DNA from: a virus
Lineage: Duplodnaviria > Heunggongvirae > Uroviricota > Caudoviricetes
Length of the DNA stretch: 64,000 nucleotides
Direction: 5' to 3' (one strand)
IMG/VR virus record: IMGVR_UViG_3300035670_000048
Span: 1 to 64,000 of that record
In this document: positions 10,141 to 19,422 of the stretch, one piece after another
Layout of the letters: each line of letters opens with the position of its first letter
How positions within the stretch are numbered: the stretch's first letter is position 1
Position numbers and translations under genes: made by a program
The notes under the pieces: generated by a model
Told to the model about the DNA's origin: nothing
Databases searched by the model: none
Seen by the model: only the letters and a program-made list of their open reading frames with translations

Positions 10141-11946
10141 TTAATATGTAATTATTCTACCGTTTATATCATTATCAGGGAAACGAATCTCAAACATGCT
10201 TGGATCAATCGATGGATATAAAATTCCATTTCTAGTAGCAGCGTGTATATCATATCCGTATGGAGAATAATCTCCACCTTGTTTATTTATTATTTCAATT
10301 TTTGAAACCGATCTAACACCAGGTATTTGTAATAAAAGCGCGTTAATCTCGGATAATATAATAGGTTGATTTATTTGCCATGAGTCTACCGCAAAATATG
10401 TTTTAAGCGAAGATATGCATGTAGATAATAACTCCTTATTATTATAGCTCGGATCAGAATTTATTTCAAAATTAACTCCTATATTAATATAGAACGCATT
10501 TTTAATATTAATAGCATCTGTAACCATACGATATTCATTAAGGTATGTTTTAAGATTTGATTTTAATGTGTTATTTGCGTTAGTTAATTTTTTATTTGAA
10601 TCATATCCAAGTATATATAAATCTAAACTTAATGGATTTTCACTTAATAAATTGCCTGTAGAATTAAATGTTTCCTGTGTTATATATGCTTTAGCAATTG
10701 CACCATATTTTGATGGTAAACTTAATGTTCTAACAATATAATCTTCTTTAGTTACAGCGCGATTTTGTGAAGTATATGCGTTTAATGTATTTAAACGTAT
10801 TTCTTCTACACTATCGCCACTTCTACCACCAACTGCGGGAGTTGGGTTATTTACTAATAAGTTTGATGTAATTAAAGTTTTAATATTTGTATCTGATGGA
10901 CTATATTTAAACCAATTAGCTGCATTAGATGTATCAATTGTTGTAATTGAATTAACAGGTAAGTTAGCTTCAACACCACCACCAACTAAATACTTAACAT
11001 AAAGATTTGAAGATGGTGCTATACCATAATTTTTAGTATAAAAAACAGACGCTTTATTATAGTCATCTATTCTATCAGATACACTAGGTACTAATCCCAA
11101 CTGAATATTATCAGGAGTAGGTATAATCTGAATATCTGTTTGGTTTGAAATACCAGATCCAAATTGTAATTCGATAGATCCAGTATTATGAATTCTAGTA
11201 ACAAAACGTTTAGGAACGCGTTGTAAGTTAATTAAATAATTAATACCATCACTTCCTGAAGTAGGATTAGCAGTTGGAGTAAATATAGTTTCTTGTGCTA
11301 AATAAGGTACTTCATACCATCTGTTTCCGTCAGAACCTGTAACTTCTAATATTTGTAATATATTAGAATTATTAATCGTTGCTGAATTAAACTTTGTTGG
11401 TGAGGAAAAAGCAAGTGTTGTTTCTTTAATTTCTGCTGATATTGCTGATACGGATTTTTTAATTAAAAAATAATCACTGTTATAATATGTTATTTCAGCA
11501 GATGATGTTTGAGAAAAATCAACATCGTCAGTAGTAATAAACTTAGTAAAATTAGTATTACTTGTTAATGTTGTATTAGCTGGGATGATTAATGAATATT
11601 CTAAATTAGGTAAACCAGCAACAGCAGGAATTAATTGGTATAAATCAACTGTCGTAGTTGCAGCATATGATGCTTTAGGGCGGTAACCAAATGAGTAAGC
11701 TAAGTTGTATAAACTTTCTTTTTCCTTAGCTAAGTTCAAGAAATTTTCTTGTATTTGAGTATCAACATAAAATGATGAAACATCACCTACATATGATGCC
11801 ATTTCAATAAACATATTTCCAGGAGATGATTCTGAAAAATCATTATATGTGTCTGGGAAGTATGTTTTAGCAAATTCCTGTAGGGATGTTTTAAAATCAC
11901 TAAATGATTTATTTACATATTTTATATTTTTATCCTCAGTTATCAT
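10141..11946 (-). CDS. Baseplate wedge protein, gp6 / Baseplate_J-like.
   Basis: 601 aa. Size and gene order (GPW/gp25-like gene immediately upstream, 4-nt overlap) match the W-J arrangement of contractile-tail baseplates. Called on family-level resemblance only. Confidence 0.45.
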   Translation of the reverse strand: MITEDKNIKYVNKSFSDFKTSLQEFAKTYFPDTYNDFSESSPGNMFIEMASYVGDVSSFYVDTQIQENFLNLAKEKESLYNLAYSFGYRPKASYAATTTVDLYQLIPAVAGLPNLEYSLIIPANTTLTSNTNFTKFITTDDVDFSQTSSAEITYYNSDYFLIKKSVSAISAEIKETTLAFSSPTKFNSATINNSNILQILEVTGSDGNRWYEVPYLAQETIFTPTANPTSGSDGINYLINLQRVPKRFVTRIHNTGSIELQFGSGISNQTDIQIIPTPDNIQLGLVPSVSDRIDDYNKASVFYTKNYGIAPSSNLYVKYLVGGGVEANLPVNSITTIDTSNAANWFKYSPSDTNIKTLITSNLLVNNPTPAVGGRSGDSVEEIRLNTLNAYTSQNRAVTKEDYIVRTLSLPSKYGAIAKAYITQETFNSTGNLLSENPLSLDLYILGYDSNKKLTNANNTLKSNLKTYLNEYRMVTDAINIKNAFYINIGVNFEINSDPSYNNKELLSTCISSLKTYFAVDSWQINQPIILSEINALLLQIPGVRSVSKIEIINKQGGDYSPYGYDIHAATRNGILYPSIDPSMFEIRFPDNDINGRIITY

Positions 11947-12362
11947 TTTAATGTAGAAAAGTCTATTATAATTTTATCTTTATTCCCAGAAATTTTTAAT
12001 TGGTATTCAACCATAACATATAATGTATTATGATCAGTATCTGGGGTTACTTCAATATTAGTTAATATAACTTCAGGAACATAGATATTAACATTATTTA
12101 TTATTTGATCTTGTATTTTTGTAATCAATTCATTATTTATAGGTTCAAATAATAATCTAGGTAAATCAGCACCAAATTCTGGATTCAGTATTCGTTCTCC
12201 TTTATATGTTAATAATAGATTAATTAAATTTGATTTAACTTGATCTTGAGTTGAATATGTTTTATTAAATACACCACCTCCATTAAATGGAAGACTTATT
12301 CCTACAGCTCGGTTTTTATCTAGATCTCTAGGATCTATTCTAGTTACTACAGGAATTGGCAT
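11943..12362 (-). CDS. Baseplate wedge subunit, gp25 / GPW family.
   Basis: 139 aa. Matches the GPW/gp25 pattern (GISLPFN...SNLINLLLTYKGERILNPEFGADLPRLLFEP...). Confidence 0.7.
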   Translation of the reverse strand: MPIPVVTRIDPRDLDKNRAVGISLPFNGGGVFNKTYSTQDQVKSNLINLLLTYKGERILNPEFGADLPRLLFEPINNELITKIQDQIINNVNIYVPEVILTNIEVTPDTDHNTLYVMVEYQLKISGNKDKIIIDFSTLK

Positions 12363-12364
12363 AA

Positions 12365-12673
12365 TTACTCGTTATATTGTCTCATTGCAGCTACATCTTG
12401 AGGAGTCATATTAGCAGCAGTTTCAGCTATAATGTCTAAGTATGGATTTCCTGTGGATACAGCTTGAGGTTTTGAATATTGTGATTGAACTGGAGGTGTT
12501 AAACCCATAGATGCGGCTAAATTTTGTCTATACGCCATCATATCAACATCCTGAGTTGTAAAGCTCATAGTTCTGTTCTCTTTTATGGGAGTAGGTTGAA
12601 CCTGTGATAATTCTTCTCTTAGAACTTCACGAACAGCTTCTTTAATAAGTTTTTTAAATACGTCTACTTTCAT
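12365..12673 (-). CDS. Hypothetical structural-module protein.
   Basis: 102 aa ORF. Preceded by an A/T promoter-like box at 12674-12690. Confidence 0.5.
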   Translation of the reverse strand: MKVDVFKKLIKEAVREVLREELSQVQPTPIKENRTMSFTTQDVDMMAYRQNLAASMGLTPPVQSQYSKPQAVSTGNPYLDIIAETAANMTPQDVAAMRQYNE

Positions 12674-12690
12674 GATTATAAATATTAAGC
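12674..12690 (-). promoter_or_regulatory. A/T-only promoter-like box (second class) directly abutting the ATG of 12365..12673.
   Basis: Gene-strand GCTTAATATTTATAATC-ATG. Confidence 0.3.
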
Positions 12691-13857
12691 TACGAGACCC
12701 TTTTGGTCTATTATTAATTTTAATTCTTCAACTAATACATCAGGATCTAAAGTAAATGAGAATGAACTTCTTACAGCTTCATTACCATCTCTATTTATAG
12801 CGACAGCATAACGTCGTTTATTTCCTTGTATTACGTTTCTAGTTAAAGGATTTATTTCTTCTTTAACAAAAAATTGAAATCCTTTATAATCATATCCACT
12901 TAAATACCCTAAACCCTCATTAGATATTGATTTTATTAATTGCGGAACTTGTTCAAGTGTTCCTTGCAATATTCTACCTAATTCAGCTAATCTTGCTTTA
13001 TGTTCAGCTAAATTTTCTTGTAATTTATTAACTAATAATAAAGCAACTTGAATTAATGGATTGATTTTATTTAATATATTTTGTATTTTTAACAATATTT
13101 TATTTACTGGTGAAGTAAAAGGGAATAATGATAATATTTCTATTATAGCTGTTAATATTGTAGTTAATATATTTAATATTTCTAATATTTTTTCTATTGT
13201 ATCTAATAAACGTTCGTTAGTTAAAATTATATTTAAAGCAGTACCTCGCTTTAATTTAGCAGTATCAAAATCCGTTTGAGTTTTAACATTAAATATAATA
13301 TCATTAGTTTCATCAACTAATTTTTCAATTTTTGTATTATTAATAGCTACATTTTCTAAAATAATAGTAGTAATAAAAGCAATAGCTTCTACTATATCAT
13401 CGAATGATGGTTTGCGTTTTGCTTTGTTCTTTGCATCATAGATAAATTCTTTTGCTTTTTCTTTTATATTATCTTTTTTTAATTTAGCAACTTGAACATC
13501 TTCTTCAGGAAGATCAGAAATTAAATCTTGTTGTTTTTGAATTTCTAATATTTGATCTTCATATGTTTGAATTTGATCGTTAATACTATTTTCTAAATTT
13601 GTAACTAATGTATCTCGTTCTTCATCTTTGATATATGGGCTATTACGAATTTGATTGAGTAGAAATGGTTTTGTTAATTTCAACTCATCAATTTTCATTT
13701 CAAGAGTTTGTTGCTCTACTTCAAGTTCAAGAATACGTACAGTTTTAGCATATTGGGCTTTTAATTTTTTACCTAATCCAAGTTTATTTTTACTTTTAGC
13801 TATAAGATTATTATCTTTACTAACTAATCCTTGAACTTCTTTAGATTTTTCTGCCAT
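12685..13857 (-). CDS. Coiled-coil protein (assembly or structural).
   Basis: 390 aa. Long heptad-like K/E/L/I-rich stretches. Confidence 0.45.
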   Translation of the reverse strand: MAEKSKEVQGLVSKDNNLIAKSKNKLGLGKKLKAQYAKTVRILELEVEQQTLEMKIDELKLTKPFLLNQIRNSPYIKDEERDTLVTNLENSINDQIQTYEDQILEIQKQQDLISDLPEEDVQVAKLKKDNIKEKAKEFIYDAKNKAKRKPSFDDIVEAIAFITTIILENVAINNTKIEKLVDETNDIIFNVKTQTDFDTAKLKRGTALNIILTNERLLDTIEKILEILNILTTILTAIIEILSLFPFTSPVNKILLKIQNILNKINPLIQVALLLVNKLQENLAEHKARLAELGRILQGTLEQVPQLIKSISNEGLGYLSGYDYKGFQFFVKEEINPLTRNVIQGNKRRYAVAINRDGNEAVRSSFSFTLDPDVLVEELKLIIDQKGLVA

Positions 13858-15020
13858 TATTTAGATACAAATACAGTTTCAGAATATATATCATTTAATT
13901 TACCACGCAATGTATTTAATTTACCAAATAAAGTAGCAGCATGTACATTATAAGTATATGGTGATCTAGCATGTCTGATATCAGAAGCAAATCCATTTAA
14001 TGCTTCTAATAATTTAGAAAGTAGATCTACTGTTTTTGCTCCTAATAATACAGGTTCTGTTGGTGTTTTACCTGTTGATTTTACACCTAAATAAATTTTA
14101 GGGCTATTTAATAATATACTACTATTAGAATTTAAATGAATTATTTGACTAGCACTTAATTCTATATTAGTACCCGAATAAAGCATAATTTCATCTTTTC
14201 TAGAATTTAATGTGATTCTATTAGATGATATTATTATTTGGCTATTCGAATATTTATTTGGATTTAATGGAGAAGTTAATGGATTTGAATCAATTAACCG
14301 TGAGACTTCTAATGGGATTATTTGTGTTGAAGTAAGATAAATAGATGAATCATCTTTATTTATATCTTCTATATAAGGTGTAACTGAATTTTTGGGGAAA
14401 TTATATCCATTAACTAATAATGTAATAGGATCACCATTGTTTCCAACTTTAGACCAAAAATTTTCGGTTTCGTTAAATTTTAAAGTACCACTTAAGCGTA
14501 AACCTTGCCCCCATCTTCCATATAATATATGATCTCCTTCAAATGGTAGTAAAGAATTAATTGTTTCTTTTTCTTCAATACTTTCTCCTAACTTAATGGA
14601 GTTGTTTTCTTTAACATTAAAAACAGCCTGAGAATTATGGTTTGTATTATTAAATAAATTAATAGAACTTAAATAATATATCTGTTTTTGATCAGTCACA
14701 TCAGAAGAATTACTTGAAGGTAAATCTACTAATAATACTAATTCTTCAATTAATGGAATATATGAATTAAATGGAAATAAGGGTTTTGCAAAATTTAATT
14801 TCTTTAACGACTCATCGTTAATATCTGAAGGGACTGGTTTATTTGGAGAAACATAATATACATTTCCTATATTACTCCAATCTCCGTAAAATCCAGGTGA
14901 ATTTTTATCTATAACAACATGGTATACCCTTCCAACTATAGAAGATTGAGTATTACTCCCTCCTACAGAACTTAAAGAGTTAAATAAAACACCTTGATTA
15001 TTCCTTACTATTGTTGCCAT
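13857..15020 (-). CDS. Baseplate hub / central-spike-like protein.
   Basis: 387 aa. C-terminal half has short beta-helix-like repeats (ISSNRITLNSRKDEIMLYSGTNIELSASQIIHLNSNSSILLNSPKIYLG) typical of gp5/VgrG-type spikes. Confidence 0.35.
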   Translation of the reverse strand: MATIVRNNQGVLFNSLSSVGGSNTQSSIVGRVYHVVIDKNSPGFYGDWSNIGNVYYVSPNKPVPSDINDESLKKLNFAKPLFPFNSYIPLIEELVLLVDLPSSNSSDVTDQKQIYYLSSINLFNNTNHNSQAVFNVKENNSIKLGESIEEKETINSLLPFEGDHILYGRWGQGLRLSGTLKFNETENFWSKVGNNGDPITLLVNGYNFPKNSVTPYIEDINKDDSSIYLTSTQIIPLEVSRLIDSNPLTSPLNPNKYSNSQIIISSNRITLNSRKDEIMLYSGTNIELSASQIIHLNSNSSILLNSPKIYLGVKSTGKTPTEPVLLGAKTVDLLSKLLEALNGFASDIRHARSPYTYNVHAATLFGKLNTLRGKLNDIYSETVFVSK

Positions 15021-15372
15021 CTACATTTACCGGTTTTTCTACTTCGTTGCTTATTTTCTGTACTTCTCCTCTTAGTTGTTCTAATTCAGCTTCACTTAAA
15101 AAATCACTATCACCATTACCACCAGAATTAGCCATAGCACGTTGTACAATACCAGCCATTTTAATTAATGAATCATCATTCTTAACAGAAACGTCAAGAT
15201 ATTCTTTAATTAATGGAACAACCATTAAAGCCGATTGAGTATCGGCTACAAACGGTTTAAGTCCCGAGATAAGATCTTTAATTTGTTTTTCTTTTTCTCG
15301 GGAATTATCGTAAATGTTTTTTAAAAGATCGGAAAATGATTTATTTCCAAATATTTTTTGATCAAAATCCAT
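14998..15372 (-). CDS. Hypothetical protein.
   Basis: 124 aa ORF. A/T promoter-like box immediately upstream (15373-15400). Confidence 0.5.
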   Translation of the reverse strand: MDFDQKIFGNKSFSDLLKNIYDNSREKEKQIKDLISGLKPFVADTQSALMVVPLIKEYLDVSVKNDDSLIKMAGIVQRAMANSGGNGDSDFLSEAELEQLRGEVQKISNEVEKPVNVDGNNSKE

Positions 15373-15400
15373 AATATTTATTTATTATAAATATATTTTC
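15373..15400 (-). promoter_or_regulatory. A/T-only promoter-like box of a second class (gene-strand ATATTTATWATA). Candidate late promoter.
   Basis: Gene-strand AATATATTTATAATAAATAAATATT-ATG. Similar boxes at 4328-4351, 12674-12690, 17856-17876, 26331-26353 and 58901-58932. Confidence 0.35.
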
Positions 15401-16156
15401 TTAGATTTTTACAAAACCTGTTTCGTAGTATTCGTTATATAAACGATAATATATCTTTTTTAGTACTTTAATTACTTTAGTTATTTGAAAAGTATCAACG
15501 TCTATCATTTCACGAATATAAATGTAGATAGCTTTTTTATTAAATATTTCTAAATTTTCGCGTTTACGGAATAATTCTAAAATTACGTCTGCTGTTTTTT
15601 GATCTTGAATCCTAGAAAATATTTTTTCAAGATTAACATCCATATAACGAACAAAATAATCTATAAAGTCATTTAAATCAGCATCGTTATTAGCTTCACG
15701 AACTAAGTCTTCAACAATAATTTTATCTTCATCTACTTCTTCTAATTCGCCTTTACCCTTAATTTTTTTATAATTTTTTTCATTATAAATAATTAAATAA
15801 CGCTTAGCAATAGTACCAAAATAAGAATATGCTTTACCTTTAGACTGATCATATAAATGAAGTTTTTCAAGTAAAAAAGCAACTACTTCATGTTTTAACT
15901 CATTAATAGTATCAACATCCGTATAATAGAACTTAAATGTATGAATAATATTTTCTGCTAATTTATGAAAAGCATAGTCAATACGTTGATCAAATATATG
16001 ATTACGTTCGTCTTGATCTTTAGACGCTAAATATTCTATAATTGCTTCTTCAGTATCTGAAGTAAAATATAGAATTGATTTCTTAGGCTTACGTTTACGT
16101 ATAGTACCTTTCTTGGTAAGAAGTACCTCTTCTTCTGGAGGGGATATTAAATCCAT
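15401..16156 (-). CDS. Late-transcription sigma factor candidate (T4 gp55-like).
   Basis: 251 aa. The segment FKFYYTDVDTINELKHEVVAFLLEKLHLYDQSKGKAYSYFGTIAKRYLIIYNEKNYKK has the same pattern as T4 gp55 (...[59 protein letters not shown]). The match is recalled from memory, not computed. Confidence 0.4.
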   Translation of the reverse strand: MDLISPPEEEVLLTKKGTIRKRKPKKSILYFTSDTEEAIIEYLASKDQDERNHIFDQRIDYAFHKLAENIIHTFKFYYTDVDTINELKHEVVAFLLEKLHLYDQSKGKAYSYFGTIAKRYLIIYNEKNYKKIKGKGELEEVDEDKIIVEDLVREANNDADLNDFIDYFVRYMDVNLEKIFSRIQDQKTADVILELFRKRENLEIFNKKAIYIYIREMIDVDTFQITKVIKVLKKIYYRLYNEYYETGFVKI

Positions 16157-16157
16157 A

Positions 16158-16439
16158 TTAATTATTTCGTGTTTTAAAAGAATTCAATTGAGTTTGAATT
16201 TCTTGTAATGTCTCAAAGAAAAAACCAATATCATCGTCTGCTTTAAAAGCTTGTGCTACTTCAGACTCCCCAATTTTTTTATTCGACAATTCAATAAGTT
16301 CAGAAATATTAGTAATATATTGGTCTTGTTCATCAACCAATTTTTCTAAACGTTCTGTTTTTTTAAGTAAATTATATATTATATATCCTAACGTAAGGAC
16401 AAATAAACTTAATACTGTAAATAGTAATATAGTTTCCAT
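16158..16439 (-). CDS. Small membrane protein.
   Basis: 93 aa with an N-terminal hydrophobic helix (ILLFTVLSLFVLTLGYIIYNLL). Confidence 0.5.
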   Translation of the reverse strand: METILLFTVLSLFVLTLGYIIYNLLKKTERLEKLVDEQDQYITNISELIELSNKKIGESEVAQAFKADDDIGFFFETLQEIQTQLNSFKTRNN

Positions 16440-16440
16440 A

Positions 16441-17211
16441 TTAATCGTTAAAGAAATTACTTACAATATCTTTTAAACCCGATTGAGGTAATGCGTCTAC
16501 ATTAATTTGTGGTTTCTTATTGTAAGTTTGTGTTGTTGCGGGTTTAGGTGCAGTAACTGGTGTTCCGTTTAATTTATCTAACCATTCACGTTCAAATTCA
16601 ATACGAGCAGCTAATAAATCAGCCTGATGGATAATAAACGGTAATGATGTACGTAATTTAGTTTCTGGAGACCATGACATTAAATATGATTTATTAGAAT
16701 CATCATATAAACCATCATGTAATTTGATTGCTAAATACTCATTTTTAGAAACTTCAACACCGATTTGTGATAATAACCATAAACCTCGGTCTGGAACTGT
16801 CATATAATCCATCTGAGTGTTGAAAGTATAAATTTCACCTCGATTTTTCACATGCCATTCAGACGGATTCGGTAATACAGCTTCATATTCCAATGTTCCA
16901 AACTTTCCCAAATCATGATTAAGCGCGGAGAAAACAACTTCCTCACGTGTGAACACTGGTTTGACGCCGTATTTTGTCCAAACCTCAAAAATATCTAAAG
17001 ATGCATTTACAACACGGTTAACATGTTCAACATATCCTCCAGGAAAACAATTATGATATTGTGGTTTGTGCGATGCAGGTAATAGAATAAAACGTTCTTC
17101 GTACTTTTCATAGAATTGTAATAATTTAGTACCACGTTCGCCCTTAATTTCAGATTTAATAAAATCCAAAAAAGTATTCCAATTATCTAATAATTGTTGT
17201 TCATTCAACAT
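16441..17211 (-). CDS. HD-domain phosphohydrolase-like protein.
   Basis: 256 aa. His/Asp motifs ...LNHDLGKF..., ...IKLHDGLYDD..., ...IIHQADLLAA... Confidence 0.45.
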   Translation of the reverse strand: MLNEQQLLDNWNTFLDFIKSEIKGERGTKLLQFYEKYEERFILLPASHKPQYHNCFPGGYVEHVNRVVNASLDIFEVWTKYGVKPVFTREEVVFSALNHDLGKFGTLEYEAVLPNPSEWHVKNRGEIYTFNTQMDYMTVPDRGLWLLSQIGVEVSKNEYLAIKLHDGLYDDSNKSYLMSWSPETKLRTSLPFIIHQADLLAARIEFEREWLDKLNGTPVTAPKPATTQTYNKKPQINVDALPQSGLKDIVSNFFND

Positions 17212-17230
17212 AACCTATTTATTTTAAAGT

Positions 17231-17422
17231 TTAAACGTATGATGAAAACTCATCATGTTCGATTGAAATTAATGATTGAACTTCTTCAATCTTTTCTTTT
17301 AAATCTTGAATTGTTTGTAAAATCGAATCTTGTGATTCTAATCTTGAAACTTGAAAATCCAATGTACGAGCAATGTTCGTCAATTGGTTAATTCTATCCA
17401 AAGCTTGGTCTTTATACCTCAT
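17231..17422 (-). CDS. Small helical protein downstream of a palindrome cluster (possible regulator).
   Basis: 63 aa ORF. Operator-like palindromes lie 20-110 nt upstream. Confidence 0.4.
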   Translation of the reverse strand: MRYKDQALDRINQLTNIARTLDFQVSRLESQDSILQTIQDLKEKIEEVQSLISIEHDEFSSYV

Positions 17423-17429
17423 TTTTAAT

Positions 17430-17535
17430 ACGTATATACGCGTTTATGTGATGTTTGGTAACGTTTGCAAACGTTTGAACGTTCTTTTTCTCATTCGTTC
17501 TAAACGTTTGGTTCAAAACACCAAACATTTAAATA
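17430..17535. promoter_or_regulatory. Cluster of palindromic operator-like sites: CGTATATACG and three or four AACGTTT(G) / CAAACGTTTG palindromes.
   Basis: acgtatatacgcg(17431-43), taacgtttgcaaacgtttgaacgttc(17459-85), ctaaacgtttggttcaaaacaccaaacattt(17500-31). CGTATATACG recurs at 18406-15. Confidence 0.5.
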
Positions 17536-17560
17536 TACGTGAGAAATTTCCATTGCCAAA

Positions 17561-17836
17561 CTATTTTTTTCTTTTCTTTTTAGACTCTTTAATCATTTCC
17601 TTTAAATCAATAGCGCGGAATGGAAATGAAAAATATTTATTTTTTTCCGCATCTTTTAAAATATCATCCTCTTGTGGATCGTCAGTAATAAAAAATGTAA
17701 ATTCGGCTTTACCGGGTAAAGCATCGAGTAAATCGGTTGAAGAAATTTCACGATCCAAACCATTATCTTTAAATAAAGTATTTACTCCGTTTACAAAAGC
17801 TGCTTTATTAGCATCTTTAAATAGATATGTTGCCAT
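17561..17836 (-). CDS. Hypothetical protein.
   Basis: 91 aa ORF. A/T promoter-like box upstream (17856-17876). Confidence 0.5.
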   Translation of the reverse strand: MATYLFKDANKAAFVNGVNTLFKDNGLDREISSTDLLDALPGKAEFTFFITDDPQEDDILKDAEKNKYFSFPFRAIDLKEMIKESKKKRKK

Positions 17837-17880
17837 ATAAAATTTTATTTTGTTTTATAATAAATATATATATTTGGGAT

Positions 17881-18351
17881 CTACGTGAGATCCTCGTTAG
17901 GTATGCCCAAAACTTCAAAAATCACGTCACGCGCAACCATAAAATTTACCGCAAATCCCTCGCGATTATTCTCCACTCTATATTCATTCAAACGGTCATG
18001 AATTTCTTGTTCTGCCGCGTATGGATTTTGGGTAAACCAAAAATCACGAATTTGCCACGGTGTAATCACACCCGTAGCAGAGTTTATTTCATTCACACGA
18101 TCAGCAACCGAACGCTCAGTAAACCCAATTTTGAATATTCCAGGCACCGAAGTGTTTTGTAGAACGTAAATATGGCCTGTTGAATGTGGGGAGGTTTTAT
18201 GACCAAATTTCTTTTTAAAATAGCGCACTTTCCATGCATTTTGTCCGTCATCAACAAAGTCGTATGCTCGAGCTGAACGAACGTTATCTCGCACTTGTTG
18301 AGCGTTCATCTCATAAAATTCGGATGTGTCCTTACCTGTTAAATTTTCCAT
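17881..18351 (-). CDS. T5orf172 / GIY-YIG-like domain protein.
   Basis: 156 aa. GHIYVLQNTSVPGIFKIGFTERSVADRVNEIN matches the T5orf172 (MUG113) signature. Confidence 0.55.
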   Translation of the reverse strand: MENLTGKDTSEFYEMNAQQVRDNVRSARAYDFVDDGQNAWKVRYFKKKFGHKTSPHSTGHIYVLQNTSVPGIFKIGFTERSVADRVNEINSATGVITPWQIRDFWFTQNPYAAEQEIHDRLNEYRVENNREGFAVNFMVARDVIFEVLGIPNEDLT

Positions 18352-18559
18352 TATATGTTTATTTATTTTTCATAACCTGGGAATGTGGTAAGGACAGTTT
18401 GAGGTTCCAAAGATCGTATATACGCTTGTATTTCCAAAAAATTTTGTAGAGGTTAAAATTTCGGATCTTGCGGTTTTATCCCAAAAGGGTTATTTTGGAA
18501 TTTGATCCCTAAAATTTCTCTATTATATTTAGACTGTTGAAACGTTATTTGACTTATTG

Positions 18560-18700
18560 GTTATATTTGTATATACGAGGGGTTGGGTGTAAAAGTGTAT
18601 ACGTGTTGAGAGTGCGCATGGTTAAGACACGGCCCCACCCACCCCGCATAGGGACCGCGGTTAACGTGGGAGCAACCCGCACACGAACCGCGATCGACCC
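18560..18700. ncRNA. GC-rich (~60%) structured island in a 630-bp intergenic region. Candidate ncRNA or origin element.
   Basis: ggggttgggtg...cccacccacccc long-range complement. Nested hairpin cgcggttaacgtgggagcaacccgcacacgaaccgcg. acgcgca(t/c)-T5/6 repeats at 18733-18770. No credible ORF. Confidence 0.35.
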
Positions 18701-18983
18701 GCTATCGACCGTATCTTTTAAAATTTTTTTAACACGCGCATCCTTTTTGTGATACGCGCACTTTTTTGTTATACACGTAAACTACCTAACCTTTGTGTAA
18801 TACGTCACATTCCCAGCATCATCCATATGATAGGCGTGAACATGTGACTCAATTTGGTATTTTGCAATACGGTGTATATTACTGAATTGAATTGGACGAT
18901 ATGAACGGTGTTTTGGGTTAGTTAATTTAGTCATGTGTAGTGGGTTAAATGGTTGAACTTAGGTGGATTGAATTGGTAATGGC

Positions 18984-19349
18984 TTATTCAGCCACTACCT
19001 TTGTCTTAACCTTTGCTTTCGCTTTAACCGGCACTTCAACCACTACCATTTTAGGACGTCCTAATTTCAATGTTCCACTTGCACGACGTGCTTCTAAATC
19101 AGCGATTCGCTTTGCACGAGCGCTTTCTGGATTAACTGGACGACCACGCTTAATATCTACACCTGATAATTTCTTAGCTAATTGCATTTCTTTCTTTAAT
19201 GCATTAGCAGAACCTGGAACTGATGGACGACCACGCTTAATTAAACCTGCTTCACGCTTTGCTTGGATCTCAGCTAAACGGATTTGACGAGCTGAATTCA
19301 TATTTACTGGACGACCTAATTGTGCTGATTTGTTTTCTTGATTTTTCAT
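18984..19349 (-). CDS. AT-hook DNA-binding protein (four GRP-core repeats).
   Basis: 121 aa. Four ~25-aa repeats each start with an AT-hook core (LGRP, KRGRP, KRGRP, KLGRP). Lys/Ala-rich tail. DNA-level repeat ggacgaccacgcttaat x2. Confidence 0.55.
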   Translation of the reverse strand: MKNQENKSAQLGRPVNMNSARQIRLAEIQAKREAGLIKRGRPSVPGSANALKKEMQLAKKLSGVDIKRGRPVNPESARAKRIADLEARRASGTLKLGRPKMVVVEVPVKAKAKVKTKVVAE

Positions 19350-19383
19350 AATGAATGTTTGTTTGTTTATTTGTTATTACGTT

Positions 19384-19412
19384 TTATTATGATGTAAATG
19401 TAATCTGGAAAT
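19384..19412 (-). promoter_or_regulatory. Early promoter motif, class A (+ strand form TTATTACA[TG]GTAAATGTAATCTGGAAAT; gene-strand form ATTTCCAGATTACATTTAC..TGTAATAA).
   Basis: ttattatgatgtaaatgtaatctggaaat. 35 nt upstream of the 19349 start. Confidence 0.6.
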
Positions 19413-19422
19413 CTGTCGGACC

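Noticed and set aside
17373-18162. Plus-strand ORFs 17373..17840 and 17827..18162.
   Set aside because: They overlap minus-strand genes that have recognisable domains (T5orf172) and regulatory palindromes. They are hydrophobic low-complexity products of AT-rich antisense sequence.
18949-19287. Plus-strand 112-aa ORF.
   Set aside because: It is the antisense of the AT-hook gene (18984..19349, minus). The minus frame has the internal protein repeats and the promoter motif.
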